From the NCBI GenBank assembly GCA_902785275.1, contig CACZYB010000009.1, positions 1-34,003 on the forward strand: a DNA stretch of 34,003 nucleotides. The letters run 5' to 3'. The translations under genes and the position numbers were made by a program. Below, in pieces: positions 9,057 to 17,687 of this stretch (position 1 is the stretch's first letter; every line of letters begins with the position of its first letter). This DNA is from an uncultured Pseudomonadota bacterium. Lineage in GTDB: Bacteria; Pseudomonadota; Alphaproteobacteria; Rs-D84; CACZYB01. The notes under the pieces are model-generated. The model was given only the letters and a program-made list of their open reading frames with translations. It was not told the origin of the DNA and did not search any database.

Positions 9057-11888
9057 TTAAACGTTTTCTTCTTCAACATCATCTGTTTCAGAAAATTCAG
9101 TTTCTTCTGTTTCTTCATTTTCTTCAGAATCGTTTTCTGCGAAGTAATCACCTTCTTCTGATGATACATCTTCTTCTGCAGAATCTTCTACCATAAGAGG
9201 TGTTTCCTCTGTTGTTGGTTCAATTGATGCAACTTCTTCACTATCATCTTCAACAACAACCTCTAGATTTGTTGGATTTGCGGTAGCAACATCTTCTGAT
9301 TCTTCATCCGAATCGATATCTTCATCAGCTGCAACTTCATTTACACTTTCATCTTCTGTATCAACATCTTCTGTAATAACATCAGATGCAACAGTTTCAA
9401 CAACAGAATCTTCTTCATTTTCTTCATCTTCTGAAGAAGTATCTGTTGTTGCGATTTCTGAAGGTGCAGATTCTTCGACATCTTCTGCTACATTTTCACT
9501 TTCTGTAACAGTAGCAACTTCAGCTACATCTTCGTTTTCTTCATCAACAAGAGTAGATTCTTCAACAACAGGAGTAATTATTTCATCACTTTCAGCATAT
9601 TCCTTTGTAAAGTCAGTTACAACCTCTGTCGAATCCTGATTAACAACATCAGTATCATCATCAGAATAAATGTTTTCTTGGTACACAATTTCTGTTGTTG
9701 CAGTCAATGGAATAAGTGATGCTTCTATTTCCATACTGTCAGCAGCAGCAGTTTCAGCTTCATCCTTTTCAGCGATAGCAGAAAGAACAGCAGCAGCACC
9801 ACCTTGAGCTTGGATTGCATTATAAACTCTAGCCAATATCTCTAATTTTGCAAGAGGACGACCCAAAACATCAAGTTCGTTTTCAATTGCTGCATACAAA
9901 GCAGTAGCTGTATTATTTGCATATTCATATTTCATAACAAATTCATTAATTACGTATTCATAGAAATCATAGTATGAATTTGTGAAAAGTCTTAATAAAT
10001 ATTCATCGTTTGCATACTCTTCATAGTTGATATTTTCTTTTAATGTATAATCATTTTCATAGTATGCATCATAGCTTGCATTACGGAAATCATTCCAATA
10101 ATGATTCATTTTTTCAAGTTCAGCAATTTTCGAATCGTCTTCTAATGTGAAGAAATTGTTTCTTAAATATGCAATCAATGTCAAATATTGGTCGCCAGCG
10201 ATAACATTTTCAACGTATTCTTTCTTTGCGATTTCCAAAGCTGTATTTTTTGCAGTTTCGGCAGCTTCATTAGCTTCTTCGTTATCTTCAAATTCAACAC
10301 TTTCTATTACAGTATCAGATTCTGTATCTTCATCATCTTCTTCTGGAATGTTTGTAAGGTCCTCATCATCTTCAACAACTTCTTCTTCTACAACAGGTTT
10401 GTTTTCAACCTTTTTAGGAGTAGGAGCAGCCTTCTTTGGAGCAGGTTTTACCTTCGATACTGGTTTAGAAACAGCCTTTGGAGCAGAAACCGGTGCAGGA
10501 GTAACAACCTTAGCTGGTTCTTCAACTGGAGTAGGAGTAGGTTCAGAAACAGGAGCCTCTTCTACAATAGGTTCAGCAGGAGTTTCCTCTGAAGGTGCTG
10601 GTTCAGAAACCGTTTCTTCCACATAAGCAACCTCTTCTACCGGTTGTTCAGAAGCTGGTTCTGCGGTAGGTTCCTGATAATTTTGTTCAACATAATTTGA
10701 GTTATCAACATATGTTTCTTCACCTTCACCAGAAAGAAGGAAGAATAATCCAAATACTATGATTAACGAAACCATAACAGATGCAACATACATCCAAACC
10801 TTTTTATATTTATCATCAAGCACATCTGTTTTGTGTGCAAATTTCACACCAGAATCCTTTGATGTATCCTGAACTGTATCATCAACAAAAGGTGGTTTAA
10901 ATTCAGTTGTTACTTTTGAATTTTTATTTTCTGTTTCTTTAACCATAATATTCTCCTTCACAGGTAAAGTTGTTCCTATTTTTTCTCCTGAGTCATTATT
11001 AGCATTTATATTTTCAATTGTCAAACTTTCTATTTTCCTATTTTCAACATCTTGATTTTGCGGTATTTTTTCAATATAATTTAATTGCTCAGACACAGAA
11101 TCTGGATAATTAAATTTCGAAAGAATCCTATTTTCACTATTTTTCTCATCCCTAAGATTTAATCTATTTTTAATCTCTTGAATTTGAGATCTTATTAGCG
11201 ATAAATCATCAAAAGCATTAGTTGAACGCTTCTTTGCACGCTTTATACGACGTTCTGTTCTTTTTAATTTTTCAGTATTATCGTACATCTTTTGAATAAG
11301 TTCAGCTTTTAATGCCTCATCCACCTTTTCAGGGTTAGAATCAGCCAATTCCTCCTGATGTTTTAAACGTTTTGTAAGATGAAGAATCTTTTTCTTTAGA
11401 TTTTCAAGCGTTACAGTAGCCTTTTCAATAGTTTGAGTAGACTTGTTATAATTAAGTAAATTTTCCGATTCTCTCTCATAAGCATTATCCAAGGACAAAA
11501 GCTCCTTATTTTTCATGATAGAATCGAACAATTCATCCGACTGATTTTCAGAAAAAGCCTTATATAAAGACAAATCAGAATAACTTATATCTAGCTTTTT
11601 ATATTTAGTATTTTCCTTTGGTCTTATCTTTATTGGATCGATACCAAACTTTGTTTTTAGAATAGAATCCCACTTTGTTTTTGGATTTTTTTCACCCCTA
11701 TCCTCAGGCAAAGCTTCAATAATAAGAAGATTGTTTGGTGAAATTATATCACATGTATTATCAAGCACAAAAATAGGCTCTTTATCACGGAAATACACGA
11801 CAAAAGAACATTCTTTCGAAGAGAAATGAAACTCTTGAACATCATTGTAAACACTGTTTACCAACCAAAATGTATTTGAACCCTCCAT
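9057..11888 (-). CDS. Large hypothetical bitopic membrane protein (coiled coil, TM, Pro-rich linker, helical domain, very acidic tail)
   Basis: 943-aa open frame; AGGAGAGG SD; single TM VWMYVASVMVSLIIVFGLFFLL preceded by KYKK; about 200 aa D/E-rich C-terminus. Confidence 0.85.
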   Translation of the reverse strand: MEGSNTFWLVNSVYNDVQEFHFSSKECSFVVYFRDKEPIFVLDNTCDIISPNNLLIIEALPEDRGEKNPKTKWDSILKTKFGIDPIKIRPKENTKYKKLDISYSDLSLYKAFSENQSDELFDSIMKNKELLSLDNAYERESENLLNYNKSTQTIEKATVTLENLKKKILHLTKRLKHQEELADSNPEKVDEALKAELIQKMYDNTEKLKRTERRIKRAKKRSTNAFDDLSLIRSQIQEIKNRLNLRDEKNSENRILSKFNYPDSVSEQLNYIEKIPQNQDVENRKIESLTIENINANNDSGEKIGTTLPVKENIMVKETENKNSKVTTEFKPPFVDDTVQDTSKDSGVKFAHKTDVLDDKYKKVWMYVASVMVSLIIVFGLFFLLSGEGEETYVDNSNYVEQNYQEPTAEPASEQPVEEVAYVEETVSEPAPSEETPAEPIVEEAPVSEPTPTPVEEPAKVVTPAPVSAPKAVSKPVSKVKPAPKKAAPTPKKVENKPVVEEEVVEDDEDLTNIPEEDDEDTESDTVIESVEFEDNEEANEAAETAKNTALEIAKKEYVENVIAGDQYLTLIAYLRNNFFTLEDDSKIAELEKMNHYWNDFRNASYDAYYENDYTLKENINYEEYANDEYLLRLFTNSYYDFYEYVINEFVMKYEYANNTATALYAAIENELDVLGRPLAKLEILARVYNAIQAQGGAAAVLSAIAEKDEAETAAADSMEIEASLIPLTATTEIVYQENIYSDDDTDVVNQDSTEVVTDFTKEYAESDEIITPVVEESTLVDEENEDVAEVATVTESENVAEDVEESAPSEIATTDTSSEDEENEEDSVVETVASDVITEDVDTEDESVNEVAADEDIDSDEESEDVATANPTNLEVVVEDDSEEVASIEPTTEETPLMVEDSAEEDVSSEEGDYFAENDSEENEETEETEFSETDDVEEENV
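10944..11024 (-). promoter_or_regulatory. Candidate internal promoter + SD + in-frame ATG within the 943-aa gene
   Basis: TTGACA (11024-11019)-N17-TAATAA with TGn extension, then GAAGGAG SD and in-frame ATG at 10946. Confidence 0.45.
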
Positions 11889-11908
11889 ATCCTCTCCTTT
11901 TTAAAAAA

Positions 11909-12523
11909 CTATTCAGTTTCTTTTTTTACCTCTGGTTTTGTTTCAGGATTTGCTTTTCCTGAAGATAATGTCGTATAAGCCATTGCACAATGTTCTAGAC
12001 AATAAGGCTTGTTTTTAAATACTTTTTTACCACAGAAGTGGAAATTTTCAGAATTCGGATCATCCACAGGCCAACAGCAACGGTCTGAACCTAAATCTAT
12101 TAATGGAACACCGCCTTCTGGTGCAGACTTTTTCTGTTTTGTTGAAACAGTATTAACAGAAGATGGGGTTTCAACAGTTTTTACCGATTCGGTCTTTTGT
12201 ACTGGTTTTGAAACCTTATTTTCAGTCTTATATACAGCTTCAACCTCAACTTTCTTAGATATTTCCTTTATTTTTTTAGTAGTTTGAACAGGTGTTTCAG
12301 TAACAGTTTTTGTTGAAACTTTTTTAACTTTTTCAACAACCTTTTCTACTTTTTCAGATTTTGTTTTGATAGGAGAATTTCGATTAGACAAGCCAAGACG
12401 ATGTACTTTTCCCACAATTGCATTCTTTGAAAAATCCAAGCGTTTTCCGATTTCTGCAGTAGGCACACCCTTTTCCCAAAGTATTTTCAATTTTTCAATT
12501 TTTTTGTCTGTCCATGTTCCCAT
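11909..12523 (-). CDS. gcrA: Cell-cycle regulator GcrA
   Basis: WT..IE.LK.LW.KG...EIG..L..SKNAIVGK.HRLGL N-domain and L.DL...CCWP.DDP....F.FCG......PYC..H...AY C-domain. Confidence 0.93.
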   Translation of the reverse strand: MGTWTDKKIEKLKILWEKGVPTAEIGKRLDFSKNAIVGKVHRLGLSNRNSPIKTKSEKVEKVVEKVKKVSTKTVTETPVQTTKKIKEISKKVEVEAVYKTENKVSKPVQKTESVKTVETPSSVNTVSTKQKKSAPEGGVPLIDLGSDRCCWPVDDPNSENFHFCGKKVFKNKPYCLEHCAMAYTTLSSGKANPETKPEVKKETE

Positions 12524-12594
12524 GATAAAAAATCCTTTTATTTTTGTTCAATATGTTTTAATCTTATTTCATAAATTTTAAAAAGGAAACAAAA

Positions 12595-13341
12595 ATGTTT
12601 ACAAATAAGATTTTACTCTTTGGATTATATTTTTCAACAGGTTTTTTCATCCCTGTTTTAAGTAGATTTTTAATGAAATTCTACCCTTGCTCTATGCATA
12701 GCTATTTTGGAGATATATTAAAGTTTTACTTTAATAAAAATAGATATAAAACAAAACTTTATAATAATAAACGTAACTTATTGAAAAAACAATATTTTTA
12801 TAATAAATTATTATGGGGGTTTGGGTACGGAATTTTATTCACTACTTTAGATACTTTAGCTCCTATATATATAAATAAAAGTTATCCTTTAATATTATTA
12901 TATATTATATTGTTTTTACTTGGATTTTCCGCAAATATTGATGCAAGATGTAAACTTATACCAGACATCATAACATTTCCTTTATTATTAACTTGCTTTT
13001 TATCAGCAGTTTACAACACAAATTACAAAGTATTCTCTCCATTATTCATATCATCTTTTGACAGTATTTTCAGTGCGATAGCCGGCTATACTTTATGTTT
13101 TATATTAGCGTTAATGTTTTACTTTAAGAATCCACACTCTTTCGGTGGTGGCGATGTAAAGTTAATTTCAGCAATTTCAGCCTTCACAGGTATAGTAAAT
13201 TTATCATGGATTTTAGGTTTTTCATTTCTATTTGCGTTAGTATTTTTAACACTAAAAAAGGAAAAATATTTAGCCCTTGCACCACTCACTTTTACATCGT
13301 TCATTTTGTGGCTATTTTTGAAAGTTTTATATATTATATAA
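12595..13341 (+). CDS. Prepilin peptidase (A24 family aspartic peptidase), without a Zn-binding methylase N-domain
   Basis: ID.R.KLIPD.IT.P and FGGGDVKL carry both catalytic Asp residues; LAP near the C-terminus; multiple TMs; no CxxC pairs. Confidence 0.85.
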   Translation: MFTNKILLFGLYFSTGFFIPVLSRFLMKFYPCSMHSYFGDILKFYFNKNRYKTKLYNNKRNLLKKQYFYNKLLWGFGYGILFTTLDTLAPIYINKSYPLILLYIILFLLGFSANIDARCKLIPDIITFPLLLTCFLSAVYNTNYKVFSPLFISSFDSIFSAIAGYTLCFILALMFYFKNPHSFGGGDVKLISAISAFTGIVNLSWILGFSFLFALVFLTLKKEKYLALAPLTFTSFILWLFLKVLYII

Positions 13342-13403
13342 AAAACCTTTTCTTTTACATTTTTTATGATATACTTTTAGTCGAGAGAGAGAATTTGCAA
13401 AAA

Positions 13404-14600
13404 ATGAGAAAAATAATAAGCATTTTGCTAGCTTTTAACATTGCTTTGCTACCAGAGATTTCTTTTGCACAAAAGAAACCTTCTTCAAAGCAGAGAAAAG
13501 CAAATGGAAGATCTTTGTCTCAAGCAAAAAAGAAATCTTCCTCTACTAAAACATCCGAAAAGTCAGATAAAAAACAAACAGAAGAAAATACAAGCGAAAA
13601 TTCAACATTAACCTGTGAAGAAAAATACGATCTTTGCATGGATAACGTTTGCGTAAACGAACTTGGAGTAAGATCTGATTGTGACTCGTCCATAGATAGT
13701 TTCGAAACAGTAAACAAAGATGGTGAAAAGTTTAGAGTTGGAAGTGATTTGTATACTTTTGCAAGAGGCGTTTGTTCCGATACATTAAAATCATGCGAAC
13801 TTAAAGAACGAAACCATATAGAAACAACTTATAAAGCAAAAATTATTGAAGACAGCCTTACAAAGAATTACTTGGAAGCAGTAAATTCTGCATCAGACGA
13901 AACTCAAGAAGCTGTTTTAAAGGAATATATGGAATGCATGGCTCCGCTGTGTGGTGCAAATTTCTCTAATTGCTTTACAATTAAAAACGTAGAAAGAAGA
14001 GCTTCTAACTGTCAAAATGTACTTGCAAAGACAAGCAAACCTTTGACTGTAAAAGGAATGTTTTATAAAAAATTACAAGAAGAACGTGAAAATATATGTA
14101 AAAACTCCGGTGGATATGTCGATTACGATTCAAAGATATGTACCGTTGACGTAACCTATGGCTCATTGGAAAAATTAAAAGATGAAGAAGGAAAATTCTA
14201 TTACTCTGGCAAAATGACAAAGTTTGTTGCAAAAAAAATGTTCAAAGTTGGAGAAATCGTAGAATGCACACAAGAATACTTTAATGCAATGAACACCGAT
14301 AAACCATTTTTAGCTCGTGGACTTAAAGATATAGCAATGGGTGCGGTAAAATCAGTTGCCGGCGTTGCATTGGTTGTTGCCGGCGCGGTTGCAACCGTTG
14401 GTACAGTCGGTTTAGCCAGTGCAAACTCTACACCTATGATTGCGAATGGAGCTTCATTAATCTGTAAGGGATCTGCAACAACACTCAATGGAGTTGTAAA
14501 AATCAACACCGATGTAAGAGTAGAAAGCGGATGTTTTATAAACGGAAAAGCAGTATCTCTTATGGGACAATATTTTAAAGTAAACTTTAAATTTGATTAA
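13404..14600 (+). CDS. Secreted Cys-rich protein, paralog 1
   Basis: Start at MRKIISILLAFNIALLPEISFA| (signal peptide); basic segment; CxxxYxxCMxxxC; FKVGE.VEC ... GCFING; hydrophobic Gly/Ala insert. Confidence 0.85.
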   Translation: MRKIISILLAFNIALLPEISFAQKKPSSKQRKANGRSLSQAKKKSSSTKTSEKSDKKQTEENTSENSTLTCEEKYDLCMDNVCVNELGVRSDCDSSIDSFETVNKDGEKFRVGSDLYTFARGVCSDTLKSCELKERNHIETTYKAKIIEDSLTKNYLEAVNSASDETQEAVLKEYMECMAPLCGANFSNCFTIKNVERRASNCQNVLAKTSKPLTVKGMFYKKLQEERENICKNSGGYVDYDSKICTVDVTYGSLEKLKDEEGKFYYSGKMTKFVAKKMFKVGEIVECTQEYFNAMNTDKPFLARGLKDIAMGAVKSVAGVALVVAGAVATVGTVGLASANSTPMIANGASLICKGSATTLNGVVKINTDVRVESGCFINGKAVSLMGQYFKVNFKFD

Positions 14601-14620
14601 AATAAAAGGTTTAAATTATT

Positions 14621-16009
14621 ATGTGTAACATTTTGAAAAATAAAGAAAAATTTTTACTGATATTAAGTTCATTTTTAATATCATTTGCTTTGATTTCAGA
14701 TGAGATAAATGCACAAAGAAGTTTAAAAAGAGTTGGCGGAACAAGAGCAAAAAAAAGTGGCAGAGGACAATCAGCCAAAGCAAACTCAGTTTCTGGTAGA
14801 GGTAAAAATTCAACCTCATCCGCAACAAAAAATTCAGATATAAAAAAGACTGATATTTCAAATAACGAAGAAGTTAAAGATACATCACATATAACAAAAT
14901 ATAATTGCGAAACACTTTATAATAAATGCATGAATCAAAAATGCTATACTCCAACAAATGGAAGATGCAGTTGCAATGTTGAAGAAAAATTCAATTCAGT
15001 TGACGCCGAATGTAAATACATTTATAACGCATGTCCTAACCTCGCAAAAGATATTGTCGATACATATAAAAGAAGTGCAAAGTCGGATTGTTCAAATTTT
15101 ACAATTTCAAATATAAAAAATACAAATGTTTCACTTTCAAATATTCTTTACGAATTAACAACTTGCATGAAACCAAAATGCAAATCCAAATCAAACGAAT
15201 TTGTCGGATGCTTTGACACAGATAATTTTGAAAAGAAATTTGACGCATGCAAAAAGGTTTATGAAAATAAATCAAGTGAAGATATTGCATTATTAAAAGA
15301 AATGTTTAAGGATAGTATTTCATCGTACAAAGAAAAATACTGTAATGAAATTTACGGAACAATTAAAAATGACGGCGAATGTTATTTACAAATTGGTTTT
15401 GGCGCATCATTCAAAACAATACAAAAAGTAAAAGAATTCAAAGTTGGAGATAATGTTATTTGCTCCGAAAATGAATTTGGCACAGAACTTGGAGAATCAA
15501 AACAACAAAAACTTAGACATATAAAAGAAATTGTTTTGACCGGCGTAGATATTGCACAAAAAGGTACTGCATTCGCAGGACGTATTGTTGGATCTATGAC
15601 TGAAAAAATTGATGAAAAATCAAAACAAACAATTGAAAAGGTTGAAACGAAAACTACCGTTGATGCAAATGGCAATACTTCAACAACGACAAAAGGTACA
15701 GGAACATATATGAATGTATATAAAGGAAGTGGGCAACTTACATCTTCTATGTCAGGAATAGAATCCATTAATGCTGTAACAGAAGGGATGAATGTACTTG
15801 TTGGAAGTGAGCATCTTGCCGGCGGTATTGGAGCGGTCTTTGCATTAAAAGAAGGAAACTTTAAATACAAAGGATATTGTTTTGTTATAAAGGGCGATAT
15901 AAAGAAAGAATTATTCGGTGCTTCGGATGACTACTATTATAAACTTCGTTGGGGTGAAAACTGGAATGAAGCAATGTTTTCAACTGCTCCAGTAGAAGGA
16001 GATAAGTAA
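14621..16009 (+). CDS. Secreted Cys-rich protein, paralog 2
   Basis: Signal peptide ending EINA|; basic segment; CETLYNKCMNQKC; FKVGDNVIC ... GYCFVI. Confidence 0.85.
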   Translation: MCNILKNKEKFLLILSSFLISFALISDEINAQRSLKRVGGTRAKKSGRGQSAKANSVSGRGKNSTSSATKNSDIKKTDISNNEEVKDTSHITKYNCETLYNKCMNQKCYTPTNGRCSCNVEEKFNSVDAECKYIYNACPNLAKDIVDTYKRSAKSDCSNFTISNIKNTNVSLSNILYELTTCMKPKCKSKSNEFVGCFDTDNFEKKFDACKKVYENKSSEDIALLKEMFKDSISSYKEKYCNEIYGTIKNDGECYLQIGFGASFKTIQKVKEFKVGDNVICSENEFGTELGESKQQKLRHIKEIVLTGVDIAQKGTAFAGRIVGSMTEKIDEKSKQTIEKVETKTTVDANGNTSTTTKGTGTYMNVYKGSGQLTSSMSGIESINAVTEGMNVLVGSEHLAGGIGAVFALKEGNFKYKGYCFVIKGDIKKELFGASDDYYYKLRWGENWNEAMFSTAPVEGDK

Positions 16010-16011
16010 AA

Positions 16012-17634
16012 ATGAAAAAAGTTAGTTTATTGATACTTTCATTATTTATTGCTACCTCTGAAATTGAAGCAGCAAGCGGAAATGGTACAAGAAAAGCTTC
16101 TGGCGGAAACCAGAAAGGAAAAAGGATTTCGAGCAAAACCGGAAGAAACAGTGCAAAAGCAAAATTGGATAAAGCAAAATCAACTTTATCTACCGAAAAA
16201 AACACAAAAGAAAGCAATACTCAAGATGAAACTTCTGTAAAAAAGATAAATAAAAAACCAGAAGTTTTAGACAGAGCTGTTTGTGATTCCGAATATACTC
16301 GCTGTATGAATAAAGTTTGTGTTAATGATACTTTGGGTAAATGTGTTTGCTATGAAGACAAGACAACAAATTCCACATCAACAAGCTTTCTTGAATTTGA
16401 TGGAGTAAAGGTAAGACAAGGATTTGAAGCACTTGAATTTGCAAAAAAACAATGTCTTTCAGTACTTGATAAATGCGGAGACAACAGAAGATCTGTTACT
16501 GAAAAATACAGAAATTCAGTACAAAAAGATTGCTTAATGATTTCAAAGAATGAAATTTTAAAACCCAAAGGTGTATCAGGTGATTTAATTGAATTAAAGC
16601 AATGTGTAAGGGATGCATGTACTGTTAAAACACTGGAAGGATACGAAAATTTCACATTCCCAGAATACAGTCTTTGCTTTAACGAAGCATATGCAAAATT
16701 CAGTATGGATGCATATTGTTCAAAAATTATCGCAAAGTCTGCGTCACCTTTGGGTCTTAAACAACTATTTTTGGATGAAATGGCTTTGGGTCGCGAAAAA
16801 TCTTGTAAAACTTTAGATGGAACACTTTCAAACGACAGAAAGAAATGTTATGTTAACATCAAATACGGAACAAGTAAGGAAAATATAAAAGCATCCAAAC
16901 AATTTGCTATTGGTGAGTATGTCGAATGTTCAGCAAGTAACTTTGGCACAAAACAAGGCGCAACATGGGAAAAAAGACAAAAAGATTTGAATTCAATTTT
17001 ATCCGTTACGGCAACTGCATTTAATACTGCCGGTGCGGTTTTGGGTATGGTTGGCTCATCGGATCCAATAGGAGGATTAGTTTCAAATGGTATTGATATA
17101 GTAGAGGCAGGTGCAAATCTTGGACTTGATATAAAAGATTATAAGGATGGAAAACTTAATGCTCAACAATTATCATCTTCTGTAATCAGTAATGGTTTAT
17201 CAATAAGTATGAGTTCGGTTTCTTTGGCAAAAAGTGCAAGAGCCGTTTCTGGAACATTGAAAAACACTCAAGCTACAAATGATTCATTGAAGGCTGCGGG
17301 ATTAAGCACTGAAAATATAGTACAAAATTCCGATGGTTCCGTTACACAATTATCCGATGCAGCATTAAAAGCAAAAAAAGCAGCAAAAATACTTAATTCA
17401 GTAAGTATTGGATTTGCAGCAGGTTCCGAAGTTGCGGATAAGGTAATGGAAAACAGAGCCGATAATATGCAAATGGCAGAAGAAGAAAAAGGTATTATCA
17501 AACACGCCGAAGTCAACAGAAATACTGGAACTGGAAAAATTGCAGACACCCTAACAGAAAAGGGAAATTGTTTCTTGAACGGCGAATGGTTTGCGACAGA
17601 AAATGAACTTATCATGCTTTTGTGGAAAAATTAA
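16012..17634 (+). CDS. Secreted Cys-rich protein, paralog 3
   Basis: Signal peptide ending EIEA|; GAAGGAG SD; CDSEYTRCMNKVC; FAIGEYVEC ... GNCFLNG; longest Gly/Ala/Ser insert. Confidence 0.85.
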   Translation: MKKVSLLILSLFIATSEIEAASGNGTRKASGGNQKGKRISSKTGRNSAKAKLDKAKSTLSTEKNTKESNTQDETSVKKINKKPEVLDRAVCDSEYTRCMNKVCVNDTLGKCVCYEDKTTNSTSTSFLEFDGVKVRQGFEALEFAKKQCLSVLDKCGDNRRSVTEKYRNSVQKDCLMISKNEILKPKGVSGDLIELKQCVRDACTVKTLEGYENFTFPEYSLCFNEAYAKFSMDAYCSKIIAKSASPLGLKQLFLDEMALGREKSCKTLDGTLSNDRKKCYVNIKYGTSKENIKASKQFAIGEYVECSASNFGTKQGATWEKRQKDLNSILSVTATAFNTAGAVLGMVGSSDPIGGLVSNGIDIVEAGANLGLDIKDYKDGKLNAQQLSSSVISNGLSISMSSVSLAKSARAVSGTLKNTQATNDSLKAAGLSTENIVQNSDGSVTQLSDAALKAKKAAKILNSVSIGFAAGSEVADKVMENRADNMQMAEEEKGIIKHAEVNRNTGTGKIADTLTEKGNCFLNGEWFATENELIMLLWKN

Positions 17635-17687
17635 AATAATGCTTTTATTTTAAGGGAATATGTGGTAAAATTTGTATTAATTAGGAG

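Noticed and set aside
9060-9660. Tandem DNA repeat or CRISPR-like array in the tcttc/tcatc-rich region
   Set aside because: Low-complexity Glu/Asp codons only; no fixed repeat-spacer periodicity anywhere in the window
13206-13403. N-terminal extension of the 464-aa ORF
   Set aside because: Overlaps the peptidase gene; the signal peptide begins at ATG 13404
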